Of a DNA stretch of 64,000 nt, positions 31,811-41,835 are shown piece by piece. The notes below the pieces were generated by a model. It was not told the DNA's origin, made no database searches, and saw only the letters and a list, made by a program, of their open reading frames with translations. Both the position numbers and the translations under genes were made by a program. Source of the stretch: an uncultured Solirubrobacterales bacterium (GTDB taxonomy: Bacteria; Actinomycetota; Thermoleophilia; Solirubrobacterales; Solirubrobacteraceae); NCBI GenBank assembly GCA_963794845.1, contig CAWCFD010000002.1, positions 890,960 through 954,959 on the forward strand, written 5' to 3'. The number at the start of each line of letters is the position of its first letter. Position 1 is the stretch's first letter.

Positions 31811-33388
31811 CTATTTGATGCCCGGCAGGGATGGCAGGGGAAGGCCGGGGACGCTCGGGAGCGGCACCGGCACGCTGACCGGCAGTTCGGGCAGCGCTGG
31901 AGCTTCGGTAGCCGGGAGCGGAGTTTCCGGGGAGGTGGTGGTGGGCGGTGGTGTGGCCGCCGGTGTGGTCGCCGGTGAGCTTGTCGTGGGCGCGCCGGCG
32001 GCAGGTTCGGGCGGACTCGTGCGTGCGCCGCTCGTGGGGGTATTCGGTTGGCCTGTGGTTCGCCGCTTGGGCGCCGTCGTGCCGGGAGAGGTGGGCACGG
32101 CTCGGCGGCTTCTGTGGTGTACGGATGAGGTCGGACGAAGGCTCCCCACCCGCCTGGTGTGGCGCGTTGCGACTGTGGTTGGGGCCGCCGGAATGGTAAG
32201 CCGTTGGGAGCGTGCGGCTATGGGCCGGCGGTGTGCGCCCCGATCGACGCCCGTGCCGTGGCGCAAGCCGGGCGCGAAGGCGAGCAGGCCCGCGGCGCCC
32301 AGGGCCGGCAGTATCGAGGTGGTCCCCGCGGCGCCGGCTCCGAGGCTCGAGGAGGCTGCCTGCAGCCCCGTGAGGATACGCTCGGGGATGGCTGCGGCGA
32401 AAGCGAGCAAAGCGAGCGAGCGGCGAGCGGAGTAGCGGTGCAGGAAGGCCGCGACCGCGGCGCCGTCGAGTTGGGAGCCCGCCTCGCGGGAGAGAACGTC
32501 CAGCGCCTGCTTGTGGGTGCCCGCCGGTCGGTAGGCGCGGCTGGAGGTGATGGCGTCGAAAGTGTCGGCCACCGCGATGATGCGGGCGCCGAGCGGTATG
32601 TCCGAGCCTGCCAAACCGTCGGGATAGCCGCCGCCGTCGATGCGCTCGTGGTGATGGCGCACCATCGCCGCGATCTCGGGGTCCCCGACCTCCGCGAGCA
32701 TCTCGGCGCCGTCGCCGGGATGGAGCTTTACGATCGCGAATTCCCTGTCCGTGAGTTGCCCCGGGTTGTTGAGTATCTCTCTCGGGGTGTAGAGCTTGCC
32801 CACGTCATGGACCGTGGCGGCCGTGCGGATCTTGGCGATCTCAGTCGGGGAGAGGCGCATCGCGCTCGCGATGCGCCCCGCGTGGCGCGCCACCCGCCGG
32901 CTGTGCCCGTGGGTGTAGGCGTCGCGTGCTTCGAGCCGCCTGCTCAAACGTTGCAACAGCTCGATGCTCACCGTGGGGCCGGCCCTCCTGGCGGAGTCGT
33001 AGAGCTCTCGCGCCTGGGCCAAACGTCGCTCGGTCCAGCAGCGACGCAGCCATCCCCATAGCATCAAATCGGCGAACACGAGGTCGCGCGACCGGGGTTG
33101 CCGCGCCCACAGGGACGCCTCGGCGCTCGCGACGACGATCGCAACGGCCATCGCCAGGGCGGCGCAGGCCAGCGCCGAGAACGTGCCGCCCCACGGCACG
33201 ACGGCCGCCACGAGCGCCCCCGGCAGAACGACGATCGACCCGGTTGCGAGCATCGCCAACGGGAGATATCGCCACATGCGCACAGCCGCGGTCTCCGCGC
33301 CCTCGACGGCCGCATCGGCCATATTCCCGCGGCGCCTGAGGCCGTCGCCTCCGCGCATCGGCGCCAACAAATCGGCTGACCGGAACAT
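31811..33388 (-). CDS. membrane-associated HD-GYP domain protein with Pro/Thr-rich C-terminal tail
   Basis: HGHSRRVA..VHDVGKLYTP..HHHERIDGGGYPDG..AVADTFDAITSSRAY. N-terminal TM segments. The last ~150 aa are P/T/A-rich. Confidence 0.8.
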   Translation of the reverse strand: MFRSADLLAPMRGGDGLRRRGNMADAAVEGAETAAVRMWRYLPLAMLATGSIVVLPGALVAAVVPWGGTFSALACAALAMAVAIVVASAEASLWARQPRSRDLVFADLMLWGWLRRCWTERRLAQARELYDSARRAGPTVSIELLQRLSRRLEARDAYTHGHSRRVARHAGRIASAMRLSPTEIAKIRTAATVHDVGKLYTPREILNNPGQLTDREFAIVKLHPGDGAEMLAEVGDPEIAAMVRHHHERIDGGGYPDGLAGSDIPLGARIIAVADTFDAITSSRAYRPAGTHKQALDVLSREAGSQLDGAAVAAFLHRYSARRSLALLAFAAAIPERILTGLQAASSSLGAGAAGTTSILPALGAAGLLAFAPGLRHGTGVDRGAHRRPIAARSQRLTIPAAPTTVATRHTRRVGSLRPTSSVHHRSRRAVPTSPGTTAPKRRTTGQPNTPTSGARTSPPEPAAGAPTTSSPATTPAATPPPTTTSPETPLPATEAPALPELPVSVPVPLPSVPGLPLPSLPGIK

Positions 33389-33551
33389 GGCCCTTCGGAA
33401 ATCTACATCAAGCCGGCCGTCGAACGGGGGGCGGGGGACGTATGTTCTACACGCTACCCGTGCGGCCCGATCTTCATGGTGGCCACCATGCGGCTGCGCG
33501 TTCCCGCCGCCCCTGTGAGCCCCAGGCCCGGACGGTACACTAGGCGGCTCT

Positions 33552-33625
<74 letters not shown>

Positions 33626-33897
33626 CTCACCGTCTCGCCGCTTCTCGCCGTTTGCCCAATGCAAACAAGCTGGAAACGGCCTATCGGCCTCCAGCACCGG
33701 CGCCGTGCGTCGCCGGGCCTCGCACGGCCTCTCCGCGGGCCCGTGGTCACAAATTGGTCGCAAGAAAAGACCCAGCCGGCGGCACGGTTATCGTCGTCTG
33801 CGCGGGGCGGACGTTCGTGGAGCACACAGCTTCGTCCTCAAGCCCCGACGCTCGGCCTGTCGAGAAAGCACAGAAGCGACCAATGGCATGAGCGCGA

Positions 33898-34110
33898 ATG
33901 GCGAAGCGAAACACCTGGGACGGATTCTGCGGCGTGTGTGGCTCACAGGTGCGTGCGCTGGAGGGCATCGTCGAGGCGGCAGGTCCAGGGGAGGGCTATC
34001 GAATCCTCTGCGCCGAGCACATGCCCGCGGGAATCCTCGACCCGCCGAAGCCGCCTGACGCATCCAAGCTGCCCTCCATCCACCTCGGGGATGACCGCTA
34101 CGAGCGGTGA
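33898..34110 (+). CDS. small CxxC zinc-ribbon-like hypothetical protein
   Basis: 70-aa ORF with FCGVCGSQV...ILCAEHMP. No family recognised. Confidence 0.3.
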   Translation: MAKRNTWDGFCGVCGSQVRALEGIVEAAGPGEGYRILCAEHMPAGILDPPKPPDASKLPSIHLGDDRYER

Positions 34111-34701
34111 GCCGGGCTTCTGCTGGCAAGATCACGCCCGCGCTCGCTGTTTTGCCTCCCGGTTTCTGCGAACAGTCGTCCGGTAGGATGCAAAGGCGAT
34201 GCAGCGCAACGATGAACGTTTTGATCCCAGTGTTCGCGCCCGCGAGAAGCAGGCTTCTCGCGAAGCGGACGAGCGCGACCTGCGCTCGGGCCGCAAGTCA
34301 GCCGAGCAGTTGCGCAGGGAGAATGAGTTTCTCGCGCGGTTCGCGCATTCGGCGCGGGTTGACCTTGCCGCCTCGCGTTCTCTCGGGTAGGCGCCCGTGA
34401 CCGCCAAGCCGCCCCTCCGAGACGAGGAGGTGCACCGGATACTTGGGCTGCTGGAAGACCGGCGCGCCCACAACCGCAGAGCGCCCCATTCCTGACGCGG
34501 GGAGTATGTAGCCCGTCCCCGGGCGTCACTGCAAACATCGGCGCCAGGCCTCACTCGCCCGCCCCTACCCTTCTCCGCCCCCGCCCATGAGCGCCGGCGC
34601 CGCCGCGTCGCCCAACGCCCTCGCCGGCACGCTGACCTGCCGTTGAAGCGCGCGCCCGGCGCCCTTCCCCCGAAACCCGTTGGAGGTGACCTGCACGACC
34701 G

Positions 34702-35286
34702 TCATGCTCCGGGCAAATCGACGATCTGCTCGAGCAGCGCCCGAAGTTGGTCGTTCTGGCCGTTGAGACTGCGCACGTTGGCGGCGAAGCTCCGCTCGTG
34801 ATCGAGAGACCCCCAGGCGATCCGATACCCCGCCTGTCCGGCGAGCTGGCCCAGGAACACGCGCAGGCTGCGTGTGTTGCCCTCCCGGAACGGGTGAACC
34901 GCGTACATCTCGGCGTGGTAGTGCGTCAGCCGCTCCAGGAAGGCGCCGCGATTGAGACCCTCCAAGTACCGCTCACGAGCAAGCTCAGCGAAGATGCCCT
35001 GCGCGTAGGCCGCAATGTGCTCCGGGCGCGCGTAGAACGCACTCGGCTTTGCGATCTGCACGGTACGCAGCTCCCCCGCCCACGGGTAGAGCCCGCCGAA
35101 GATGCGGCGGTGAAACGCCTGCCAATGCGCCAGGTCATAGACGCCGGGAAGCGGACGACCGGCCAGGACGGCGAGGCCGGCACGAACGACGTCCGCCTCG
35201 ACCTGCAAGAGCTCCCGGGGATCACGAATCTCCAGGTTGTTGCGCAGGACACCGGTGCCCGGATAGACATACGGATCCTCCGCCAT
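34702..35286 (-). CDS. Fic/DOC family protein (FicT-like toxin)
   Basis: Fic motif HPFREGNTRSLR. Start set at MAEDPYVYPGTGVLRNN (the N-terminal extension in the track is rejected). Confidence 0.85.
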   Translation of the reverse strand: MAEDPYVYPGTGVLRNNLEIRDPRELLQVEADVVRAGLAVLAGRPLPGVYDLAHWQAFHRRIFGGLYPWAGELRTVQIAKPSAFYARPEHIAAYAQGIFAELARERYLEGLNRGAFLERLTHYHAEMYAVHPFREGNTRSLRVFLGQLAGQAGYRIAWGSLDHERSFAANVRSLNGQNDQLRALLEQIVDLPGA

Positions 35287-35299
35287 CAGGGCTGAGCAG

Positions 35300-35533
35300 C
35301 TATCGACCGGGGGTGGCAGCCAGACGCTCGCGCACTTGCTCCAAGTTGAGACGCTCGAACTGCTCGTCGTCGATCTCGCCAGCCACCCAGCGGGCAGCAA
35401 GCGCCTGGTGCGCGGGACTCGGCTCAAGCCCCTCGGCGCGCAGCAAGCCCAGCGCGTCCGCCGCCGCCTGCTCGCGGCTCACATGGACCGCACTCGGCGC
35501 GGCGCCATTACGTGCGACGGCGGAGCGTTGCAT
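35300..35533 (-). CDS. VbhA-like antitoxin
   Basis: ALGLLRAEGLEPSPAHQALAARWVAGEIDDEQF lies immediately upstream of the Fic gene. Confidence 0.6.
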   Translation of the reverse strand: MQRSAVARNGAAPSAVHVSREQAAADALGLLRAEGLEPSPAHQALAARWVAGEIDDEQFERLNLEQVRERLAATPGR

Positions 35534-35682
35534 CCCTCCATTGTAAACCAGTGATCGGTTTGCAGCAGGGTGTGCCAGAAGCCGCGGCTGGCGGTCCTAA
35601 CGCAGCAGCGCGCTTACGCTACGGACAAACTCACCGCCGTGAAGGCCGCGTCGGGAGGTCGCTGTCGCGGCTGCCATCACAC

Positions 35683-36000
35683 CTACGACTTCCGCCGATA
35701 GAGCACCGGCGCGATGAGCCCCACAGCCCCCACGACGATCAACACCAGCGGCCAGCCGACTACGCCCGCGGTCGGTGCCCGCCCGGCCTCCAGTCGCGTG
35801 ATCTGCGCCGCGACGCTGATGACGAAGGCGAGCAGCCCGATCGCGCCGGCCGTGGCGATCTCGCTCGCTCCGATCGCCCTCGCGCGAGCGAGCCCGACCG
35901 CGACGATCACAAGCAGAGCTCCCGCGGCGACGAGCAGCCAGCGCCCTGTGTTTGCGGAAGGGTGGTGGAGGATCTTCTCCCAGGCATACAGCCACGCCAA
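35683..36000 (-). CDS. hypothetical membrane protein (start uncertain)
   Basis: Hydrophobic helices LLVAAGALLVIVAVGL, AIGLLAFVISVAA, WPLVLIVVGAVGLIAPVL. The frame stays open and hydrophobic upstream to ~36270 but contains no ATG/GTG/TTG there. Confidence 0.35.
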   Translation of the reverse strand: MAWLYAWEKILHHPSANTGRWLLVAAGALLVIVAVGLARARAIGASEIATAGAIGLLAFVISVAAQITRLEAGRAPTAGVVGWPLVLIVVGAVGLIAPVLYRRKS

Positions 36001-36284
36001 CAGCGCGGAGAGTCCCGCGAGCAGCGCGGCGTATGGAATGCGTGCTCCGCGAGCCGCATAGGCCGCGAGCAGGCCGGTGACCGCGAAGACCGCCGCGACG
36101 TACAGCGGCTGCCGGTAGGTGCCGTTGTGCGCGACTTGGAGGCGTCCAGCGAGCGCAGCGCCGCGCTGTATGATCGGCTCGGCTTTCAGATCACGAGCGA
36201 GCTGCGCGTTGCCGGCAGCCCGCCGCTGCGCCTCATGCGACGGCCTCCAAGCCCACTGACGGACATCCCCGCAACGCCAGAGTC

Positions 36285-38453
36285 ATGATCAGACGGTTCA
36301 CGATGCTCGCCACCGGGCGTACCCGGCGCGTTCTGGTCGCGGCAGGCGTGCTGTTCCTGCTGGCAGCGGGACTCGGCGCGCCCGTGACCGGGATGCTCGG
36401 CTCGAGCGGAGAAGACTTTCAGGATCCCGCCTCGCAGTACGAACGGGCGAACGACGCGCTGAGGGCGGCCACGGGGCAGAGCCCGTATTTCAACGTGGCT
36501 GTGCTGCTGCGCGGGGAGCACCCGGTCGAGACCCACCCGGCCGAGCAGCATGCCGCCGTGACGCTCGCGGCGCTGCTCGCCGTGCAGAAAGGCTTCCAGC
36601 GCGCGGTGGACTACCCGGCGACGCGCTCGAGCACGTTGCTGTCGCGCGACGGCCGCGAGACGGTTGTACTGGCGGCGTTCGCTTCCACGGGCGATGCGAC
36701 GGCGGCGACATCGCGTGTGGAAGACGCGCTGTCGAGGCAGCCGGCGAAGGCGGAGCTGGCCGGGATGAGCCCCCGGTTCGGCGGGTATGCGCTGACCACC
36801 AAGGAACTGAACGAGCGCACGACCAGCGATCTGACGCGCGCCGAGCTGCTCGGCTTCCCGTTCCTTCTGCTGCTGTCGTTCTGGTTCTTCAGGGGGCTCG
36901 TCGCCGCGCTGCTGCCGCTGCTGGTCGGTGGTTTCGCGATCTTGTTGACGTTCCTCGCGCTGCGCCTGGTCGACCAATTCACGCCGCTCTCGGTCTTTTC
37001 GCTGAATCTCGTCAGCGGCATGGGTCTCGGTCTCGGGATCGACTACAGCCTGTTCGTGCTCTACCGCTATCGCGAGGAGCTGGCGGGAGGCGTGAGCGCG
37101 CGCGAGGCGATCGGGCGCATGCTGCAGACCACGGGGCGCACGGTGTTGTTCAGCGCTCTGACCGTCGCGGCGGCGATGATGAGCCTGCTCGTGTTCCCGC
37201 TGCGCTTCCTCTACTCGATGGGCATCGGCGGGGCGATCGTCACGCTGTGCGACGGCGCTGTCGCGCTGCTGCTGCTACCGGCGGTGCTGATCGCGCTCGG
37301 ACCGCGCATCAATGCGCTGTCGCCCGCGTGGATGCAGCGCCGCGCGGCGCGCACCGCACGGACAACGCAAGCAGGCGGCTGGTGGAGGCTCGCGCACGGC
37401 GTCGTGCGCCGACCCGCCCCGGTCGCGGTTCTCAGCGCGATCGCGCTGCTCGCCGCGGCGACGCCCGCGCTGCATGTTTTGTTCACATCTCCCGGCGCCA
37501 ACCTGCTGCCGGCCGGCGCGGCAAGCCGTCAGGTCGAAACCGCGCTTGCACATGACTTTTCGGCCAATGCCGGCGAATCGACCGAAATCGTGCTGAAAGG
37601 GGACGGTGCGTCCGCGCGGCGCCTCGCCGCGGCCGCGGCGAGAACGGCGGGCAACCTTGCGAGCGCCGCACCGCCGCGCTATGTCGGCCGCGGCACGTGG
37701 GCGACCACTCTGTTCCCACACGGCTCCCCGTACTCGGACTCCCAGCAGCGGCTGCTGTCCGGGCTGCGTGCGCTCGCGCGGCCCTACGGCGCGCTGGTCG
37801 GCGGCGCGAGCGCGTTCTTCGCAGACCAGAAGAGCTCGATCGCAGCGCACATTCCGCTCGCGCTACTGATCCTGATACCGCTGACGGCTGGCTTCCTGTT
37901 CCTGATGACCGGCTCGATCGTGATCCCGGTGAAGGCGCTCGTGATGAACATGCTGAGCGTGAGCGTCGCCGTCGGGCTGCAGGTTCTCATCTTCCAGGAC
38001 GGCCACCTCTCGGGCCCGCTTGGATTCACGCCGATCGGCGGCCTTGAAGAGTCGAGCCTGGTGCTGATGATCGTGCTCGCGTTCGCGCTCGCCACCGACT
38101 ACGAGGTGTTCGTGCTCGCCCGCATCAAGGAGGCGCACGACCGTGGCCTGCCCAACCGCGAGGCGATCGCGCTCGGGATCGAGCGCACCGGACGGATCGT
38201 GACCGCCGCCGCGCTGCTGTTCTGCGTAGCGATCGGGGCTCTGAGCACCTCTGAGCTGTTCTTCACCAAGCAGCTCGGACTCGGCGCCGCGCTCGCCGTC
38301 GCGGTTGACGCGAGCATCGTCAGGGCGCTGCTCGTCCCCTCGCTGATGGCGCTGATGGGCAAGTGGAACTGGTGGGCGCCAAAGCCACTGCGACGCCTGC
38401 ACGACCGTATCGCGCTGCGGGAGTCAATTCCGCCCGGCGTGGAGCTTCAGTAA
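36285..38453 (+). CDS. MMPL-family (RND superfamily) membrane transporter
   Basis: Two MMPL halves with GIDYSLFVLYRYREEL and ATDYEVFVLARIKEAHDRG, 12-TM-like hydropathy. Confidence 0.88.
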   Translation: MIRRFTMLATGRTRRVLVAAGVLFLLAAGLGAPVTGMLGSSGEDFQDPASQYERANDALRAATGQSPYFNVAVLLRGEHPVETHPAEQHAAVTLAALLAVQKGFQRAVDYPATRSSTLLSRDGRETVVLAAFASTGDATAATSRVEDALSRQPAKAELAGMSPRFGGYALTTKELNERTTSDLTRAELLGFPFLLLLSFWFFRGLVAALLPLLVGGFAILLTFLALRLVDQFTPLSVFSLNLVSGMGLGLGIDYSLFVLYRYREELAGGVSAREAIGRMLQTTGRTVLFSALTVAAAMMSLLVFPLRFLYSMGIGGAIVTLCDGAVALLLLPAVLIALGPRINALSPAWMQRRAARTARTTQAGGWWRLAHGVVRRPAPVAVLSAIALLAAATPALHVLFTSPGANLLPAGAASRQVETALAHDFSANAGESTEIVLKGDGASARRLAAAAARTAGNLASAAPPRYVGRGTWATTLFPHGSPYSDSQQRLLSGLRALARPYGALVGGASAFFADQKSSIAAHIPLALLILIPLTAGFLFLMTGSIVIPVKALVMNMLSVSVAVGLQVLIFQDGHLSGPLGFTPIGGLEESSLVLMIVLAFALATDYEVFVLARIKEAHDRGLPNREAIALGIERTGRIVTAAALLFCVAIGALSTSELFFTKQLGLGAALAVAVDASIVRALLVPSLMALMGKWNWWAPKPLRRLHDRIALRESIPPGVELQ

Positions 38454-38469
38454 CCGCGGCGCCCTATAT

Positions 38470-38757
38470 TTACGGCTTAGTGAAGTTGTGAACCGGGAAC
38501 TCCTTGATCTCCGGCGGGCTGGGGAACGCCCGATCGCCGAGCTCCTGGGCGGCCGGCATGAGCTGACTCTGGGCGAAGCTGTCGAACGCCTCGCGCGACT
38601 CCCAGACGTCGATCACCCCCCAGCCCCCCTCGATCGGGCCGGCCGCATGGAAGATCATGCCCTGCGGCGGATTGGCGTCGATGCTCATATGCCCGTGAAT
38701 CGCGTCGTACTGCTGCTGCGTGCCTCCGCTGAACTTCGCTCTGATGCCGACAGCCAT
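38470..38757 (-). CDS. small alpha+beta hypothetical protein (95 aa)
   Basis: GAGGAG RBS lies before ATG 38755-38757 (MAVGIRAKFSGGTQQQYDAIHGHM...). The N-terminal extension in the track is rejected. Confidence 0.5.
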   Translation of the reverse strand: MAVGIRAKFSGGTQQQYDAIHGHMSIDANPPQGMIFHAAGPIEGGWGVIDVWESREAFDSFAQSQLMPAAQELGDRAFPSPPEIKEFPVHNFTKP

Positions 38758-38866
38758 TGCGGCTCCTCTGCTCGGGTGTGTCCAGCGACCATACCCGCTC
38801 GTCTCCGGCCGCACACCATGGGCAGGACGCCCCATATGCGGACGAGCAAGCGAGTGGGGGAGGGCC

Positions 38867-40453
38867 ATGTCCGGTCACAGGGTCGTTCTGAGAACAGTTC
38901 TGGCGCTGCTGCTCGCGTCGGCGATCGTGCCGGCGGCGGCGAGCGCGGCTCCCGGATGGGCGCGGGCCGTCACATTCCCCGTGCCCGGCAACGCCTTCGG
39001 CGGCCAGGACACGGTCGCCTATCAGAACGGTGGTGTCGCCACCGAGGCGTTCTTGGAAGTGCCGTCGCTCTCGCCTCTACGGACCGTGCTGCACGTCGGC
39101 ACGCTCGCACCGGGCGGCAGCTACGCCGACCAGCTCACGATCCCCTCCGTCGAAGGCGCGATCCCGACCGGAGCGCAGATCGCCGTCGCACCCGACGGCG
39201 CCGCGGTGGCCACGTGGGTCGAGCTCACCGGCGCCAACCTCGAAACCTCGCCCTATCGCTACCGAGCCGCCTACCGGCCAGCGGGCAGCGCCGCGTGGGA
39301 AGCGCCGTTCACGATCGCGACCGACGCCGAACGCAACAAAGAAATCTACGAGTACCTCACGCCCGTGATCAGCCCTGACGGCACGGCCGCGGTCGGCGTA
39401 CAGCACATCGCCAGCGGTGAGAAAGGAGCAGGGCAGAGCGAGCCTGTCTACCGAGTCGATGTCGCTGTGCACCCGGCGGGCGCGACCTGGCAAGCTCCGA
39501 CGCGGATCAGTCCTCCTTCTGAATCCGGTGAGAGCCTGGCGCTCGGTCTTGACGGTCAGGGCGACATCACAGTGGCCTACACGCTGCGCTTCAGCGAAGG
39601 CGGGACGAGCGCGATGACAGACGACAGCTACACCGTGATCGTCCGTCGACGCCCGGCCTCCAGCGGCGTGTGGGGGCCTGAAGAAAACGTCACCGGCTCG
39701 GAAATCCTGTGGACAGCCGACGCGCTGCACCTCGGCGAGAACGAAGCCGGCGACGCCGTCGTGACGTACCAGTACGTGCGCAAATCGCCGCAGAGCCTCG
39801 ACGTCTGGGGAGTGACGCGCCAGGGACCGAACGGCTCCTGGACCACGCCGGCGCAGCTCGTCACCGGCAGCGGCGCACCGGAGGCCGCCGGCGTCGCGCC
39901 GAACGGGATGGCTTACATCCTCTACTCCTTCCAGGGAACCAGCAGTAGCGAAAGCTGCGAGGGCGTCCTGCGCGGTCCAACAGGCGGCAGCTTCATCGCT
40001 CAGCGCTGCGTGTCGCCCACGAACGAGGACACCTTCTCGGGCTCGATGGCGTTCCTCGGCAACGACGCCTACTTCGCCTGGAAGGGCAACGTGCCTGGCG
40101 AATCGAGCAACGCGACGATCCAGGGCGCGCGTTGGCCGGATGGCGCGACGCTGCCCGAGGTGGCCCGCAACCTCGACCTGACGGGCGTGCCCTACGGCAG
40201 CCCGACGCTGCTTCCCGACCGTCAGGGCAGCGTGGTGGCGTTCTACACCAACCAGGCAAACCAGCTGCGTGCCGCGGCGGCTATGCAGGTAGCCCTCGGC
40301 CGCCAGCTGCGCGTAGGTCCACGGCTCGGCGGCCGGCTGTGCATCGCCGGCCGCCTTGTGCATCGCTACCAGATCGTGGCGCGAGGATCGAACTCGCGCA
40401 GGCTCCTGTCGCGAGTGACCAGGCGCGCTCCGGCAAAGCGGGCGGTGGCGTAG
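38867..40453 (+). CDS. secreted beta-propeller-like repeat protein; 3' end overlapped by a TA module
   Basis: Signal peptide VLRTVLALLLASAIVPAAASAAP. Blade-like repeats IAVAPDGAAVATW, VISPDGTAAVGV, LGLDGQGDITVAY, NEAGDAVVTY, VAPNGMAYILY, DRQGSVVAFY. The last ~30 codons overlap the convergent vapC and look non-native. Confidence 0.6.
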   Translation: MSGHRVVLRTVLALLLASAIVPAAASAAPGWARAVTFPVPGNAFGGQDTVAYQNGGVATEAFLEVPSLSPLRTVLHVGTLAPGGSYADQLTIPSVEGAIPTGAQIAVAPDGAAVATWVELTGANLETSPYRYRAAYRPAGSAAWEAPFTIATDAERNKEIYEYLTPVISPDGTAAVGVQHIASGEKGAGQSEPVYRVDVAVHPAGATWQAPTRISPPSESGESLALGLDGQGDITVAYTLRFSEGGTSAMTDDSYTVIVRRRPASSGVWGPEENVTGSEILWTADALHLGENEAGDAVVTYQYVRKSPQSLDVWGVTRQGPNGSWTTPAQLVTGSGAPEAAGVAPNGMAYILYSFQGTSSSESCEGVLRGPTGGSFIAQRCVSPTNEDTFSGSMAFLGNDAYFAWKGNVPGESSNATIQGARWPDGATLPEVARNLDLTGVPYGSPTLLPDRQGSVVAFYTNQANQLRAAAAMQVALGRQLRVGPRLGGRLCIAGRLVHRYQIVARGSNSRRLLSRVTRRAPAKRAVA

Positions 40454-40755
40454 ATGATCCTGTCGGCCGGGTCGCCGACGAACCCCTCGCGACCGAGCAG
40501 CGCGGCTTGAACAGCCACGGCGCTCGTGAGCGGAAGCGATTGGGTACGCGAATCCGCGAGCGCCTGCTCGATCCACGCTCCGGCGGGGCGGTCGAGCTCG
40601 ATACGCCCGGCCTCGGCGAGCATCGCGACCTCCCAGCAGCTGATCGTGGCGACGGCGATCCGGTCCGCGTGGTCGATCGCGTCCTGAGCCGGCAGACTGA
40701 GCTTTGCGGGCTCGGCGGTCCACCACAGCCATGCGTGCGTGTCGAGAACGATCAC
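40366..40755 (-). CDS. vapC: PIN-domain toxin (VapC-like)
   Basis: MIVLDTHAWLWW...SCWEVAMLAEAGRI...DPADRIIYATARFAGARLVTRDRSL. Confidence 0.85.
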   Translation of the reverse strand: MIVLDTHAWLWWTAEPAKLSLPAQDAIDHADRIAVATISCWEVAMLAEAGRIELDRPAGAWIEQALADSRTQSLPLTSAVAVQAALLGREGFVGDPADRIIYATARFAGARLVTRDRSLREFDPRATIW

Positions 40756-40758
40756 CGG

Positions 40759-40980
40759 CTACGCGGCGTCCCACTGCTCGGGCAGCGGCGCGATCAGCTC
40801 CTCGTCGCTGCTCGCAAACGTGACGCTCCCGCGCAGCGAGGCCGGCGGTGCAACCGGATCGACGCGCGCCACCGGCCGGCCGCGCTTGGTGATGAGCAGC
40901 GACTCGCCCGTCTCGGCGACCTCGTCGAGCAGGGCGAGGCATTGGGCCTTGAAACGAGTTGCCGTCAAGGTCTTGTCCAT
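40759..40980 (-). CDS. Phd/YefM-type antitoxin
   Basis: LTATRFKAQCLALLDEVAETGESLLITKRGRPVARV. Confidence 0.8.
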   Translation of the reverse strand: MDKTLTATRFKAQCLALLDEVAETGESLLITKRGRPVARVDPVAPPASLRGSVTFASSDEELIAPLPEQWDAA

Positions 40981-41005
40981 ATGACCATAGTAGCATGGTC
41001 ATATG
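40978..41005. promoter_or_regulatory. palindromic operator at the antitoxin start
   Basis: CATATGACCAT-AGTAG-CATGGTCATATG (11/12 matching arms) spans the antitoxin start codon. Confidence 0.45.
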
Positions 41006-41238
41006 TGTGCGAACTCGCCCAGCGCATCCCCCTCCCGCCCCTGTCATGGAAGCTTATTTCCCGCGCTTCTGTGAGCGTGCGAGGACTTCTCGATCAGGTG
41101 CACGGTCCTGGCCTGCGTCTCGCCGGAGGTCTCTTCGATCGCCAAGCGCGCGGTGAGCCGTCCTCCTTTGCAACCGTTGTCAGCGTCTTGAGACCCTGAT
41201 AGAGCGTGAGTGGCTCAACTCGGGGATGAGTGCGGCCG

Positions 41239-41505
41239 TCAGGCGTATACGAGCTCGGAGCTGGCGGTCGTCGCGACCGGCTCCGGATGCAGCGCGGCCA
41301 GCGTCACCGCGGGTGGCTCTTGGCCGGGGGAGGCGAGCATGAGCGCGATACCCTCCCGCAGGCTCTCACGCAACTCGTCGAGGTCATCGCCCGTAGCCGG
41401 GACGCCCGGGAACTCGTCGACGGTGGCCCACAGCGCATCGTCCTCGAGACGCACGTGGACATGCAGTTGCTGGGACTCTGGCATCGTGCTCTGCATCATA
41501 GACAT
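41239..41505 (-). CDS. hicB: HicB-like antitoxin
   Basis: HVHVRLEDDALWATVDEFPGVPATGDDLDELRESLREGIALML (UPF0150/HicB N-domain pattern). Confidence 0.7.
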   Translation of the reverse strand: MSMMQSTMPESQQLHVHVRLEDDALWATVDEFPGVPATGDDLDELRESLREGIALMLASPGQEPPAVTLAALHPEPVATTASSELVYA

Positions 41506-41515
41506 CGGTCAAGGC

Positions 41516-41625
41516 TACTTGTCCTGTAGGCCGGCCTCACGGCGCAGCTGCGCCTCAAAGTCCTTGGAGTAGGCGCGGCGCTTGTTCTCCGGGAGCGTGA
41601 CGGGCCGATGCCCGGGCTTGGTCAT
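41516..41625 (-). pseudogene. possible truncated HicA-like toxin (36 aa)
   Basis: MTKPGHRPVTLPENKRRAYSKDFEAQLRREAGLQDK lies 10 nt upstream of hicB. It resembles only the C-terminal half of HicA, and an upstream N-terminal-like piece is in another frame. Confidence 0.3.
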
Positions 41626-41835
41626 CTTGACCTGGTGCCAGCCTCCTCGTGCCGGACACCTCCTCCGTCGTCGGCTTCAGCGACGACATGTGGTTCAGCT
41701 CGCGGCCCCGGACGGAACTTCGTCGCGGGGCCTCGACCCGCGTTTCGCGCTGCGCCGCTCCACGCTCGAAAGCCCCGGCGCCGGCGGGTTCGTGGCGCCT
41801 CGCGCGCGGCTTCTTAAAGATTCTCGCTCAGGTAC

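Noticed and set aside
36110-36260. GNAT acetyltransferase C-terminal remnant on the plus strand (SAALYDRLGFQITSELRV...MRRPP)
   Set aside because: Only a ~15-aa motif resembles GNAT ends. The opposite strand in the same place encodes hydrophobic, membrane-protein-like sequence contiguous with 35683..36000. The evidence is too thin to call either way.
39077-41047. 656-aa minus-strand ORF
   Set aside because: Arg-rich shadow antisense to the secreted propeller-like gene, and out of frame over the VapC/Phd genes, which have clear family motifs.
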